From Flavobacteriales bacterium (GTDB lineage: Bacteria > Bacteroidota > Bacteroidia > Flavobacteriales > Flavobacteriaceae): a stretch of DNA of 64,000 nt. The DNA is taken from positions 106,791 through 170,790 of the forward strand of contig WTIO01000044.1 of NCBI GenBank assembly GCA_011526365.1, given 5' to 3'. The position numbers were made by a program, and so were the translations under genes. Position 1 is the stretch's first letter. Each line of letters starts with the position of its first letter. The notes beneath the pieces were generated by a model that did no database searches, was not told where the DNA came from, and saw only the letters and a program-made list of their open reading frames with translations. Shown here in pieces: positions 37,270-47,136 of the stretch.

Positions 37270-37844
37270 GCAACCATATTGGCCTCCTCTTTGGGACATT
37301 TAACCCCATCCACAAAGGACATATTGCCTTAGGAAAGTATTTTACAGCACATACGGCAATTGACACCGTTTGGTATGTTATTAGCCCCCAAAGTCCTTTT
37401 AAGGTTCAAGAAACTATTTTAGATAATCACACACGATTAGAAATGGTAGCTGCAGCACTACAAGACGAGGCCCTATTACACCCCAGCACTGTAGAGTTTA
37501 AATTGCCCCAACCCAACTATACCGTAAACACGCTGGAACTGCTGCGTACCAACTATCCCGAAAATACCTTTACCCTCTTAATGGGAGCCGATAATATGGC
37601 CCGCTTCGAAGAATGGCAAGGCTATGAAACCATCCTTCAAGAGCACGAAATTTTTGTGTATCCCAGGGGAGATTTTAACTCCAAGGGCTTATTAAAACAC
37701 CCTAAAATTCAGTTTATGGACGCGCCAAAAATGGAAGTGTCTAGCACCACCATTAAAGCGCATAGGGAACAGCCTCAAAAACTTTTAAAATGGTTGCCCG
37801 AAGCAGTCATTAAAATCATTGACGAAAAAAACTTGTATCTGTAG
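37266..37844 (+). CDS. nadD: Nicotinate-nucleotide adenylyltransferase
   Basis: GLLFGTFNPIHKGH (HxGH) and SSTTIK (ISST-type) motifs. Confidence 0.88.
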   Translation: MSNHIGLLFGTFNPIHKGHIALGKYFTAHTAIDTVWYVISPQSPFKVQETILDNHTRLEMVAAALQDEALLHPSTVEFKLPQPNYTVNTLELLRTNYPENTFTLLMGADNMARFEEWQGYETILQEHEIFVYPRGDFNSKGLLKHPKIQFMDAPKMEVSSTTIKAHREQPQKLLKWLPEAVIKIIDEKNLYL

Positions 37845-37864
37845 TCTTTGAGTGTTTTCCCACA

Positions 37865-39145
37865 CTAGCCAGAGGCCAAAACTTCGTCAATCAAACGTTG
37901 GGCAATTGCCTTTCGACTCAATTGTGCCAATTGGGGGACGGTGTTTTTTAGGCTGCCTTTTTGGGTGATGCAGTGTACTACAAATGCACGAATTCCTTTT
38001 TTATCTTCAGCAGCAAACATTTTGGCCGCAGTCCCTTGGGCTAAAAATGTAGCTGCAGCACTTTGAGGAGCTCCCAGGGACAAAACAGGGACCCCTGTGG
38101 CCATGTACTCTAAAATTTTACCGGATAACATGTCCTGTTCGGCACCTTTAAAAATGAAGTTTACTAACAGCTGAGCCGATTTAAGCACAGCTACAGCCTC
38201 CTTGTGTGGGAGGTAGTCCAAGTATACCAGCTCTACTTTGGGCAGTGTTTTTTGAAGTGCCGCAATACGTTCTGGGGCAATTTGACCCGCTAGAGTCCAC
38301 TGTATGTTGTGCTGGTGTTGCAGGTCCTGTAAAACAGCAACTAAGGCCTCGTACGGATGGTTTTCCGTCAATAAACCGGTGTAAACAATATGAAATGCCT
38401 TAGGTATGGGAGCAGCTTTTGTGGCTGCTATCAAATCGGCATCAAAACCGTTGGGCAGGGTAACAAAGCGTTGTTGAGGCGCTTTGTCGGCCAATTGACG
38501 GTGCAGGTTTCCAGCTACAGTAGTCAGTATACCATTGGCGTTTTGAAGCACTTCACGTTCTAAACGAGCATCTTTTTTTTGCGCATAAGGCAGGCGATAA
38601 AAATCGGAATTATAAAAAATAGTACTCCAAGGGTCCCTAAAATCAGCCCACCATTGTAAGGAATGCTTCTTTTTAATAGCCAGTCCCACCATATGAGTAG
38701 AATGCGGGGGACCAGTAGTTATAAGGTGCCCTATGGAATGTTGCGCCAACTGTTGTTCTACTGCTCGAATAGCAAAAGGCACCCACCCCTTACGCGCATC
38801 GGGGAGGAAAAAATTCCCACGTACAAAGGCAGCTAATTTTTGCAGCAAATTTTTTCGTGGAACAGCGCCTTGTGGCAGTACTGAACTTCCGGACCAACGT
38901 TGGTACCACCGCAGGGGCTCTCGAGATGCCGTTCTGATGACCGTAATATTTTCTACTTCCAAAGCTAAACTGGAGTCCAAAACAGGGTAGGCGGCAACAT
39001 TGGGAGCTACTGTAATTACAATGGGTTCCCAACCCAAGGCCTTTAGATGCTTTGCAAAATACATCCAGCGCTGTACCCCCGACCCTCCAGAGGGGGGCCA
39101 GTAGTAGGTGAGCAGTAATATTTTGGGTGTAGTGGCAGTGGTCAC
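37865..39145 (-). CDS. Glycosyltransferase, GT-B fold (family 4-like)
   Basis: 426 aa starting KILLLTYYWPPSGGSGVQR. GTG start at 39145. Confidence 0.7.
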   Translation of the reverse strand: MTTATTPKILLLTYYWPPSGGSGVQRWMYFAKHLKALGWEPIVITVAPNVAAYPVLDSSLALEVENITVIRTASREPLRWYQRWSGSSVLPQGAVPRKNLLQKLAAFVRGNFFLPDARKGWVPFAIRAVEQQLAQHSIGHLITTGPPHSTHMVGLAIKKKHSLQWWADFRDPWSTIFYNSDFYRLPYAQKKDARLEREVLQNANGILTTVAGNLHRQLADKAPQQRFVTLPNGFDADLIAATKAAPIPKAFHIVYTGLLTENHPYEALVAVLQDLQHQHNIQWTLAGQIAPERIAALQKTLPKVELVYLDYLPHKEAVAVLKSAQLLVNFIFKGAEQDMLSGKILEYMATGVPVLSLGAPQSAAATFLAQGTAAKMFAAEDKKGIRAFVVHCITQKGSLKNTVPQLAQLSRKAIAQRLIDEVLASG

Positions 39146-39213
39146 CTGAGCTTCGTTTAATTTTACTAAATTTAGGTAAACATAAAGTAATCTTTTTCAC
39201 AGAAACCAAATTG

Positions 39214-40158
39214 ATGTCAAAAAAAATTTTAATTACGTTACTCCTGTGCTGTAGCGTTTTGGGAAACCTCTTTGCACAAGAAAACCCCACCGCCCCAGAA
39301 AATGAAGTACAACAAGACACCTTACTGTTTGATGCCATCATTGAATCGACGCTAAAAGGAAAGCGATTTAAATTTTATGGTGACACCAAACTGACTTTCA
39401 ACCAAGCTTACTTTTCCAACTGGATTTCGGGGGGTGTGAGCTCCCTTTCGGGCTTGTTTGGAGTAAATTACCACATCGACTACTCAGATCGCACCGGACT
39501 GGCTTGGGATACCAATATTATATTGTCCGTAGGGTTTACTGAAATCCCCGATTTAAACGTCACACGTAAAACCGATGACCGTTTTGAAATTGAATCCATA
39601 GTAGGAAAACCCATGCTAGGCCACTGGAAGTTTGCAGGTACGGTGAAGCTGAAAACACAACTTTTTGAAGGCTTTCAAATGTTTGCCGAACAAGGGGATA
39701 CACGACGCTTAACCACCGACCGTTTTTCGCCTGTACTCCTGCAAGCTGGGATTGGATTTTACTACAAAAAACAAGACAACTTTTGGCTGAATATTACTCC
39801 AGCCTCGGCACGATTTATTTTTATTGACAAAAAATTTACAACAGATATTGCAGACAATACCACCTATTTAGGGGTAGAAAAAGGGAAAGGGAGTGCCTTC
39901 TTTCTCGGATTTGCCTTAACCGGCTTGTACAGAACAAAATTGATGGACAATATAAGCATGGTGAACCGCTTTAATATTTACTCCAACTATTTGAGGGAAT
40001 TTGCCAATGTAGATTTTGAAATCAACACCTCCGTCCGATTTAAAGTAAACAATGCCATTTCCAGCAACATCGTGTTCCATGCCATTTACGACCACGATAT
40101 TGTTCAAAAACTACAGTTTAGGGAGTTGTTTGGAATGGGAATTCAAATTGATATTTAG
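39214..40158 (+). CDS. DUF3078-like outer-membrane beta-barrel protein
   Basis: Signal peptide, alternating beta-strand pattern and an aromatic C-terminus region. The family assignment is from memory. Confidence 0.55.
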   Translation: MSKKILITLLLCCSVLGNLFAQENPTAPENEVQQDTLLFDAIIESTLKGKRFKFYGDTKLTFNQAYFSNWISGGVSSLSGLFGVNYHIDYSDRTGLAWDTNIILSVGFTEIPDLNVTRKTDDRFEIESIVGKPMLGHWKFAGTVKLKTQLFEGFQMFAEQGDTRRLTTDRFSPVLLQAGIGFYYKKQDNFWLNITPASARFIFIDKKFTTDIADNTTYLGVEKGKGSAFFLGFALTGLYRTKLMDNISMVNRFNIYSNYLREFANVDFEINTSVRFKVNNAISSNIVFHAIYDHDIVQKLQFRELFGMGIQIDI

Positions 40159-40670
40159 CGGCTTTGCTGGGACTTCTTTTTAAACCATTCCAGATTATAA
40201 TAATTGAGGTAGATGTTATAATACCCTTCTTGCCCTCGGGGTTCAATTTCCAATAATAGTGTTTGCTTCGGGTCTAGAAGACGCAAACAGGGCTTGTTGT
40301 GATTGAGCAGCTCTGGGTTATCCCAGTGCTCTTGTTCGTACACCACACGATACCCTTGGCCTTCAAAATGTTTGCGGGTTTTTTTCATTCCACTAACAAT
40401 TTGATTTAAGGATAAATTGGATTTGGTCCACACTTTTACCTCCACCAACTTTCCTTTGTCCATAACTAGCGAGTTCCGCTTTAGGGTGTACACCACGCCG
40501 CTGCCCATTTCAAATTCTTTAAGGTTTTTATGGTGGTCCGAAAGCACTTTTTTAGCCTCCTTTTTGGGCATGCCAAAGTAAAAATCATCAAAGAGTATAT
40601 CTTGTGCTAAAGCGGGGGTGGTACAGTATAATAACAGCCCCAAATACAGAGCAAGGCGATGAAATTCCAT
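40155..40670 (-). CDS. Hypothetical secreted protein
   Basis: 171-aa ORF with a signal peptide (LLLYCTTPALAQ). No recognisable motif. Confidence 0.5.
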   Translation of the reverse strand: MEFHRLALYLGLLLYCTTPALAQDILFDDFYFGMPKKEAKKVLSDHHKNLKEFEMGSGVVYTLKRNSLVMDKGKLVEVKVWTKSNLSLNQIVSGMKKTRKHFEGQGYRVVYEQEHWDNPELLNHNKPCLRLLDPKQTLLLEIEPRGQEGYYNIYLNYYNLEWFKKKSQQSR

Positions 40671-40728
40671 AAATCTAGTGTCTAATACAATAAATATAAG
40701 GAAATTACGAGAACTGACTTTCTGTTAG

Positions 40729-41235
40729 TTATGCTCTCTTCCATAAGGGAACAGCAGCGCAGGCTTCCCCATAGGATATTTTTTTTGCTACTTTTTGCAG
40801 TCGAGCCAACAGGAGTACATAGGCATTTTCGGGAACCTGTTTGTCTGAACAGCCCTTGATCATCACTGGGCGGTCTTTGTAGGGGGTCACATCAAATTGT
40901 TGAAGGGCTTCGGTAAAAAGCGTATTCTCAAGGGTTTCCAATGTCCCCACGACTACTTTTTGTGCAAATGGGGCCAATTTACTACTTACCAAAAGGGTGG
41001 CCCATGCGGGAAGAATGGCTGCAGTACTGCAATGCACTGCTACAAAATGACGGTGGTATTGCGTCCAATCGTGTGTTTCTATATGGGTGCGAAATTCTTT
41101 TTCACGGAGTAATAAGCCCTGGTCGAGCCACTGGGCGATATCCAATCGTGTACGAGCTCCCTCAGGAGCTAGCTCGGCCAAATCTACCACCGCAAGGGCA
41201 CTTTGCTGTACACGATTTACAATGGGTTCTTCCAT
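40729..41235 (-). CDS. DUF2480-family protein (uncharacterised, SUF-operon associated in Bacteroidota)
   Basis: 168 aa starting IVNRVQQSAL..DLAEL, with three Cys (HCS, KGCS, GEAC). Lies 4 nt downstream of the DUF59 gene. Confidence 0.65.
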   Translation of the reverse strand: MEEPIVNRVQQSALAVVDLAELAPEGARTRLDIAQWLDQGLLLREKEFRTHIETHDWTQYHRHFVAVHCSTAAILPAWATLLVSSKLAPFAQKVVVGTLETLENTLFTEALQQFDVTPYKDRPVMIKGCSDKQVPENAYVLLLARLQKVAKKISYGEACAAVPLWKRA

Positions 41236-41239
41236 AGGA

Positions 41240-41560
41240 TTAGAGCATTCCCAGTTCTAATTTGGCTTCCTCACTCATTAAATCTTGTGTCCAAGGAGGA
41301 TCAAAAGTAATTTCTACCTCAGCAGATTTTACTTCTTTTAGTGAGGCTACTTTTTGCTCCACTTCGGCGGGTAGGGTTTCCGCTACGGGGCAGTTGGGAG
41401 TGGTGAGGGTCATGAGAACTTTTACCTCGCTGTCCTCATTCACAAATACATCATAAATTAACCCCAGCTCGTAGATGTCTACGGGAATTTCAGGGTCGTA
41501 GATGGTTTTTAACACGCGTACAATTTTTTCGCCTAAGTCTGTGGTGGATTCTTCTGTCAT
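41240..41560 (-). CDS. DUF59/MIP18-family Fe-S assembly protein (SufT-like)
   Basis: Contains DPEIPVDIYELGLIY and LTTPNCPVAE motifs. Confidence 0.85.
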   Translation of the reverse strand: MTEESTTDLGEKIVRVLKTIYDPEIPVDIYELGLIYDVFVNEDSEVKVLMTLTTPNCPVAETLPAEVEQKVASLKEVKSAEVEITFDPPWTQDLMSEEAKLELGML

Positions 41561-41991
41561 TGTGAAGGGGTATTCATTTGTGCTTGAAAAGCAATTGCGT
41601 ACATTTTTATTTGCTTAATCATGCTGACTAAGCCGTTGGCACGAGTGGGCGATAAATGCTCCTTGAGGCCAATTTTATCTATAAAGTCTGTTTTAGCATC
41701 TAAAATATCCTGAGGGTTTTGATTGGAAAAAATACGGATTAACAAGGCGATTATTCCCTTGGTGATTATGGCGTCACTGTCGGCAGTGAGTTCCATTTTA
41801 CGGTCTTTAAGTTCGGCATGAAGCCAAACCTTACTCTGACAGCCCTTGATGATATTGTCTTCGGTTTTAAATTCGGGGGCTATCAGTGGGAGGCTTTTCC
41901 CCAATTCGATCATGTGTTCGTAACGTTGCATCCAATCTTCAAAAAAGGAGAATTCATCAACTATTTCTTCTTGTAATTCACTTATAGTCAT
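41557..41991 (-). CDS. sufE: SufE-family sulfur acceptor
   Basis: Contains IKGCQSKVWL (acceptor Cys motif); 144 aa. Confidence 0.88.
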   Translation of the reverse strand: MTISELQEEIVDEFSFFEDWMQRYEHMIELGKSLPLIAPEFKTEDNIIKGCQSKVWLHAELKDRKMELTADSDAIITKGIIALLIRIFSNQNPQDILDAKTDFIDKIGLKEHLSPTRANGLVSMIKQIKMYAIAFQAQMNTPSQ

Positions 41992-42008
41992 CAGTTCAAG
42001 ATACGGAT

Positions 42009-43226
42009 TTACTGTAACATGGTGATGGCCTTTTTTAAGGCTTCCACCATTCGATCTATTTCTTCTTTAGTGTTGTAAAATGAAAAAGAGGCCCTTATGG
42101 TTCCCGGAATCTCATAATAATCCATAATGGGTTGTGCGCAGTGGTGCCCCGTACGTACAGCGATTCCCATTTTATCTAGTATGCTGCCTACATCATAGGG
42201 ATGTAATCCTTCAATATTAAAGGACAGTACCGCAACCTTTTCTACATCTTTAGCATAAATGGTAATTCCTGGTAATTGTTCTAAAGCAGCAGTGGCATAG
42301 GCCAATAAGCTTGCTTCGTAGGTAGCAATGGCTTCTAAGCCAATGCTGTTGACATAATCTAAGGCCGCTCCAAAGGCAATCCCACCAGCAATGTTAGGGG
42401 TTCCTGCTTCAAATTTGTGGGGTAAATCGGCATAGGTGGTTTTTTCAAAGGTTACTTCGGCAATCATTTCGCCACCGCCTTGGTAGGGGGGAAGTTCCCG
42501 TAAGTGTTCGGCTTTTCCATAGAGCATTCCCACACCTGTTGGGCCGCAAATTTTATGGGCAGAAGTAACGTAAAAATCAGCTGCTAGCGCCTGAACATCT
42601 ACCTTGTAATGTGGTGTTGCTTGAGCTCCGTCAATCAGCACTTTTGCACCCACAGCATGGGCTTGCGAAATAATGGAGGCTACTGGATTTACTGTCCCCA
42701 ATGCATTGGAAACATGGTTTACAAAAACCAGTTGGGTGCGTGCATTGAGCAGTTGTGCATAGGCCTCCATATCGAGGGTGCCGTTTTGCAGCATTGGGAG
42801 TACCTTTAGCTGTGCCCCTGTTTTTTCGCAAAGCATTTGCCAGGGTACTATGTTAGAATGGTGCTCCATTGCAGACACAATGACTTCGTCTCCAGGCTGT
42901 AAAATGGAAGCATAGCCGGAAGCTATACAATTTATTGCTTCTGTGGTTCCTGAGGTGAGAATAATTTCATAGGGGTGTACAGCATTAAAGTGCTTTTGAA
43001 TTTTTTGCCGTGCTGCTTCATAGGCTTCTGTAGCTTCTTGGCTTAGGGCGTGTACCCCGCGGTGAATGTTTGCGTTTGTAGTGCTGTAATAGTCTACAAT
43101 AGCGTCAATCACGGGCTGTGGGGTTTGTGCGGTGGCAGCATTGTCAAAATACACCAGCTCCTGTCCGTTTACCTGACGGTGAAGGATGGGAAAGTCCTGG
43201 CGAATTTTTTGAACATCAAATGCCAT
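42009..43226 (-). CDS. sufS: Cysteine desulfurase, SufS type
   Basis: Contains SAHKICGPTGVG (PLP Lys) and RTGHHCAQP (catalytic Cys). Confidence 0.93.
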   Translation of the reverse strand: MAFDVQKIRQDFPILHRQVNGQELVYFDNAATAQTPQPVIDAIVDYYSTTNANIHRGVHALSQEATEAYEAARQKIQKHFNAVHPYEIILTSGTTEAINCIASGYASILQPGDEVIVSAMEHHSNIVPWQMLCEKTGAQLKVLPMLQNGTLDMEAYAQLLNARTQLVFVNHVSNALGTVNPVASIISQAHAVGAKVLIDGAQATPHYKVDVQALAADFYVTSAHKICGPTGVGMLYGKAEHLRELPPYQGGGEMIAEVTFEKTTYADLPHKFEAGTPNIAGGIAFGAALDYVNSIGLEAIATYEASLLAYATAALEQLPGITIYAKDVEKVAVLSFNIEGLHPYDVGSILDKMGIAVRTGHHCAQPIMDYYEIPGTIRASFSFYNTKEEIDRMVEALKKAITMLQ

Positions 43227-43230
43227 AGTC

Positions 43231-44547
43231 TTATAGGTTGAAGCCTAAATTTACACCGAGCTTCGAAGCGATAACACCGTTTATACGTCTTTTAAGTGCA
43301 GGGAGTTGAACACTTTCCAACACATTGTTTGCAAAGGCATAGGTTAGTAAGGCCTTGGCTTCTTTTTTAGGGATTCCCCGTGTGCGCAAATAAAATAATG
43401 CCTCCTCATCCAATTGCCCGACAGTACAACCGTGGGAACATTTTACATCATCAGCAAAAATCTCCAATTGGGGTTTGGTGTTTACCGTAGTTTTATCGTC
43501 TAGCAGGATATTGTTGTTTTGCTGAAAAGCATTGGTTTTTTGAGCAATTTCGTCCACGTAAATTTTACCGTTAAACACCCCATGGGAACGGCCTGAAAAA
43601 ACACCTTTATAATCCTGATGGCTTTCGCAGTTGGGTTGTGAATGATGCACTAGCGTATAATGATCCACATGCTGATTTCCTTCCAAAATGGTAACTCCAT
43701 TAAGGGTAGAGTTCAAATGGGAGCCTTTGTGCTTAAAATTTAAATTGTTTCGCGTAAGCTTCCCACCAAAAGAAAAGGTATGAACACTCACATGGCTTTG
43801 GGTTTCTTGAGTGATGTAGGTGTTGTCAATTAGCGCGGCAGTATCTAAATCGTTTTGCAATTTGTAGTAATCTACAAAGGCTTCACGGTGGGCATATATT
43901 TCGGTAACACTATTGGTAACCACCTCGTGGGCTTTTAGACTCTGGTGGCGTTCAATAATCTGTACCTGTGCATTTTGGTCGGCCACAATAAGGTTGCGGG
44001 GTTGTAACCAAATGGCGGTTTCATTTCCAGTAGCAAAATGAATGATTTCAATGGGCTTTTGTGCTACTGTATTTTTGGGAATGTAAATGTAGGCACCCTC
44101 TTTGGCATAGGAAGTATTTAGTGCCGTAAGACTTTCGGTAGGATCTACTACCTTGTTGAAATAGGTTTCTACAATTTTGCGGTACTTGGGCTTGGTGAGC
44201 GCTGCCGACATCAGGCAGGCATCAATACCATCATGGGTAGTATCCGATAAAAAAGGACTGTATACCCCATCGATAAAAACAATTTTGTAGGTGTCTACAT
44301 CGGCCAAAAAATAGGGCTTAACCCCTCGCAATTCTGAGGTAGCAGACGTTTTGGGGAATAGGCTGTAATCCTTTTGTAGTAGCTGTGCCAGGGAGGTGTA
44401 TTTCCAAGCCTCTTGACGTTTGGTGGGAAACCCTTGAGCTTCAAAAACCTTTAAGGCATCCAAACGGGTTTGGTGTAACTCCTCACGAAGGGCGTAATCT
44501 TCTTGAAAAGCGAGATACGAATTCAGTAATTTGTCTTTGAGCTCCAT
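43231..44547 (-). CDS. sufD: Fe-S cluster assembly protein SufD
   Basis: 438 aa with a SufB/D beta-helix C-terminal region (LEIFADDVKCSHGCTVG). Positioned between sufC and sufS. Confidence 0.9.
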   Translation of the reverse strand: MELKDKLLNSYLAFQEDYALREELHQTRLDALKVFEAQGFPTKRQEAWKYTSLAQLLQKDYSLFPKTSATSELRGVKPYFLADVDTYKIVFIDGVYSPFLSDTTHDGIDACLMSAALTKPKYRKIVETYFNKVVDPTESLTALNTSYAKEGAYIYIPKNTVAQKPIEIIHFATGNETAIWLQPRNLIVADQNAQVQIIERHQSLKAHEVVTNSVTEIYAHREAFVDYYKLQNDLDTAALIDNTYITQETQSHVSVHTFSFGGKLTRNNLNFKHKGSHLNSTLNGVTILEGNQHVDHYTLVHHSQPNCESHQDYKGVFSGRSHGVFNGKIYVDEIAQKTNAFQQNNNILLDDKTTVNTKPQLEIFADDVKCSHGCTVGQLDEEALFYLRTRGIPKKEAKALLTYAFANNVLESVQLPALKRRINGVIASKLGVNLGFNL

Positions 44548-45303
44548 TTATTTTTCAACTTCTTGTTTGATCCAATCATAGCCTTTGGCTTCAAGTTCCA
44601 GGGCCAGCTCTTTGGTACCCGACTTTACAATTCTTCCATCAAAAAGTACGTGTACAAAATCGGGGACAATGTAATCTAATAACCTTTGGTAGTGGGTGAT
44701 AACTACAATGGCGTTGTCCTTGCTACGCAACGTGTTGACACCATTAGCCACAATTTTTAAGGCATCAATATCTAGGCCCGAATCGGTTTCGTCCAAAATA
44801 GCGAGTTTAGGCTCTAGCATCGCCATCTGAAAAATCTCATTGCGCTTCTTTTCCCCTCCCGAAAAGCCTTCGTTTAAACTACGGGACAAAAACTTGGTGT
44901 CGATGTCCAACATTTTGGCTTTTTCACGGATTTTTTTCAGCATCTCATTGCTGGGCATTTCTTCGAGTTCCTGTGCTTTTCTACTGGTATTGATAGCTGT
45001 TTTGATAAAATTGGTTACCGATACACCAGGAATTTCAACGGGGTATTGAAAGGATAAGAAAATCCCTCGATGCGCGCGTTCTTCTGCGCTAAGCTCAGTA
45101 AGGTCTTCTCCTTTAAGCAACAAAGACCCTTTGGTGATCTCATAATCTTCATTCCCTGCAACAACGGAAGAGAGGGTACTTTTCCCCGATCCGTTGGGCC
45201 CCATAATGGCATGGACTTCTCCGGGTTTAATATCTAAATCAATTCCGTTAAGAATTTTTTTACCCTCTTCGGTTTGGGCGTGTAAATTTTCAATTGTTAG
45301 CAT
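44548..45303 (-). CDS. sufC: Fe-S cluster assembly ATPase SufC
   Basis: Walker A GPNGSGKST, signature FSGGEKKR and Walker B AILDETDSGLD. Confidence 0.95.
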   Translation of the reverse strand: MLTIENLHAQTEEGKKILNGIDLDIKPGEVHAIMGPNGSGKSTLSSVVAGNEDYEITKGSLLLKGEDLTELSAEERAHRGIFLSFQYPVEIPGVSVTNFIKTAINTSRKAQELEEMPSNEMLKKIREKAKMLDIDTKFLSRSLNEGFSGGEKKRNEIFQMAMLEPKLAILDETDSGLDIDALKIVANGVNTLRSKDNAIVVITHYQRLLDYIVPDFVHVLFDGRIVKSGTKELALELEAKGYDWIKQEVEK

Positions 45304-45314
45304 AGTATTGGTGT

Positions 45315-46760
45315 TTATCCTACGGAGCCTTCAAGCGAAATCTCAAGTAATTTTTGTGCTTCAATGGCAAATTCCATGGGAAGGTGATTGAGTACTTCCT
45401 TGCTAAATCCATTTACAATTAGTGCAATGGCTTTCTCGGTGTCAATACCTCGTTGGTTGCAGTAGAAGATTTGGTCTTCCCCAATTTTACTTGTGGTGGC
45501 TTCGTGTTCTATTTGGGCTGTATTGTTTTTTGCTTCAATGTAAGGAAAGGTGTGTGCACCACATTGGTTTCCCATCAATAGGGAATCACATTGCGAAAAA
45601 TTCCGTGCGTTTTTGGCACGAGGATGCACCTGCACCAAACCGCGGTAGCTGTTTTGTGATTTTCCCGCAGAAATACCTTTTGAAATAATGGTACTACGCG
45701 TGTTTTTCCCCAAGTGAATCATTTTTGTTCCGGTATCGGCTTGTTGGAAGTTGTTTGTTACTGCGATGGAGTAAAACTCTCCTACAGAATGATTTCCTTT
45801 TAATACGCAGGAAGGGTACTTCCAGGTTACTGCAGATCCCGTTTCTACCTGTGTCCAAGAAATCTTAGCGCGGTCGTGGCAAATGCCTCTTTTGGTCACA
45901 AAATTGTATACGCCACCTTCGCCTTTGCTGTTTCCAGGATACCAGTTTTGAACGGTAGAATATTTTATTTCGGCATCGTCTAAGGCAATGAGTTCTACCA
46001 CAGCAGCGTGCAGTTGGTTTTCGTCACGACTGGGAGCCGTACAACCTTCCAGATAACTCACATAACTGTCTTTGTCAGCCACCACCAAGGTGCGCTCAAA
46101 CTGCCCTGTACCGGCTTGATTAATCCTAAAATAGGTAGACAATTCCATCGGACAACGGACTCCTTTGGGGATATAGCAAAAAGAACCGTCGGAAAACACT
46201 GCTGAGTTTAGCGCAGCATAATAATTGTCCTTAGGAGGGACAACGGTACCGAGGTATTTTTTCACCAATTCGGGGTGTTCCTTTATGGCTTCTGAAATAG
46301 AACAAAAGACAATCCCTTTTTCTGCTAGGGTTTCTTTAAATGTGGTGGCCACTGAAACAGAATCCATTACGATATCCACCGCAACTCCTGCCAATTTCTT
46401 TTGCTCGTCTAATGAAATTCCCAGTTTATCAAAAGTGGCACGCAATTCGGGATCAACCTCGTCTAAGCTGTTGTATTGGGGCTTTTGCTTTGGTGCAGAG
46501 TAATAGGAAATATCCTGAAAATCAGGTTTTTTGTATTTCACATTAGGCCATTCGGGTTCGGTCATGGTTTTCCAATGTGCAAAGGCTTGTAAACGCCATT
46601 CGGTCATCCACTCGGGTTCATTTTTCTTTTCAGAAATTTTTCGAACGATGTCTTCATTCAGCCCCTTGGGAAAGGTTTCTGCATCGATATCGGTATAAAA
46701 ACCGTATTCGTATTCCTTATTTTCAAGTTCTTTCTTTAATTCTTCTTCAGTGTATGCCAT
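45315..46760 (-). CDS. sufB: Fe-S cluster assembly scaffold SufB
   Basis: Highly conserved SufB sequence ([23 protein letters not shown] ... GAHTFPYIE). The ATG at 46760 is preferred over the TTG at 46766. Confidence 0.95.
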   Translation of the reverse strand: MAYTEEELKKELENKEYEYGFYTDIDAETFPKGLNEDIVRKISEKKNEPEWMTEWRLQAFAHWKTMTEPEWPNVKYKKPDFQDISYYSAPKQKPQYNSLDEVDPELRATFDKLGISLDEQKKLAGVAVDIVMDSVSVATTFKETLAEKGIVFCSISEAIKEHPELVKKYLGTVVPPKDNYYAALNSAVFSDGSFCYIPKGVRCPMELSTYFRINQAGTGQFERTLVVADKDSYVSYLEGCTAPSRDENQLHAAVVELIALDDAEIKYSTVQNWYPGNSKGEGGVYNFVTKRGICHDRAKISWTQVETGSAVTWKYPSCVLKGNHSVGEFYSIAVTNNFQQADTGTKMIHLGKNTRSTIISKGISAGKSQNSYRGLVQVHPRAKNARNFSQCDSLLMGNQCGAHTFPYIEAKNNTAQIEHEATTSKIGEDQIFYCNQRGIDTEKAIALIVNGFSKEVLNHLPMEFAIEAQKLLEISLEGSVG

Positions 46761-46769
46761 AGCCAATAT

Positions 46770-47099
46770 TTAAAGTGAAAAACTTTCCCCGCAGCCACAG
46801 GTGCGTTGGGCGTTAGGGTTGTTAAAGACAAACCCCTTTCCATTTAACCCTCCAGAGTATTCGAGGGTAGTTCCAATGAGGTAGAGCAAACTTTTTTTGT
46901 CCACCACTATACGGATGCCGTTGTCTTCATACAACTGATCCTCGGCTTTAATCTCACGATCAAATTCCAATTCGTAGGACAAGCCAGAACATCCTCCACT
47001 TTTTACCCCAACACGCACGAGGGCGGTGGTGGGATCAAAGCCTTCATCCTGCATCAATGTGCTTACTTTTTCTCGAGCTGTAGTTGCAACTTTTATCAT
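46770..47099 (-). CDS. A-type Fe-S cluster carrier (IscA/SufA/ErpA family)
   Basis: 109 aa with GGCSG and the C-terminal CGCGESF motif. Confidence 0.9.
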   Translation of the reverse strand: MIKVATTAREKVSTLMQDEGFDPTTALVRVGVKSGGCSGLSYELEFDREIKAEDQLYEDNGIRIVVDKKSLLYLIGTTLEYSGGLNGKGFVFNNPNAQRTCGCGESFSL

Positions 47100-47100
47100 G

Positions 47101-47120
47101 TTAGAATAGTTTTATTCTAA
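47101..47120. promoter_or_regulatory. 20-bp palindrome TTAGAATA-gttt-TATTCTAA abutting the first SUF start codon; candidate operator or 5'-UTR hairpin
   Basis: Perfect 8-bp arms. It ends 1 nt from the ATG at 47099 and lies downstream of the candidate -7 box. Confidence 0.4.
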
Positions 47121-47128
47121 ATGTCCAG

Positions 47129-47136
47129 CAAATATA
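47129..47136 (-). promoter_or_regulatory. Candidate -7 promoter box TATATTTG for the SUF operon
   Basis: Exact TAnnTTTG on the minus strand, 29 nt upstream of the ATG. No correctly spaced -33 TTTG was found. Confidence 0.4.

Noticed and set aside
38571-38580. Homopolymer tracts of 8 nt (T8 in the glycosyltransferase gene near 38571, A8 at about 11181, 50825 and 56024, and T8 at 22973), considered as phase-variation switches.
   Set aside because: The tracts are short and lie in Lys-codon runs of ordinary genes. There is no evidence of frame ambiguity and no associated invertible or repeat structure.
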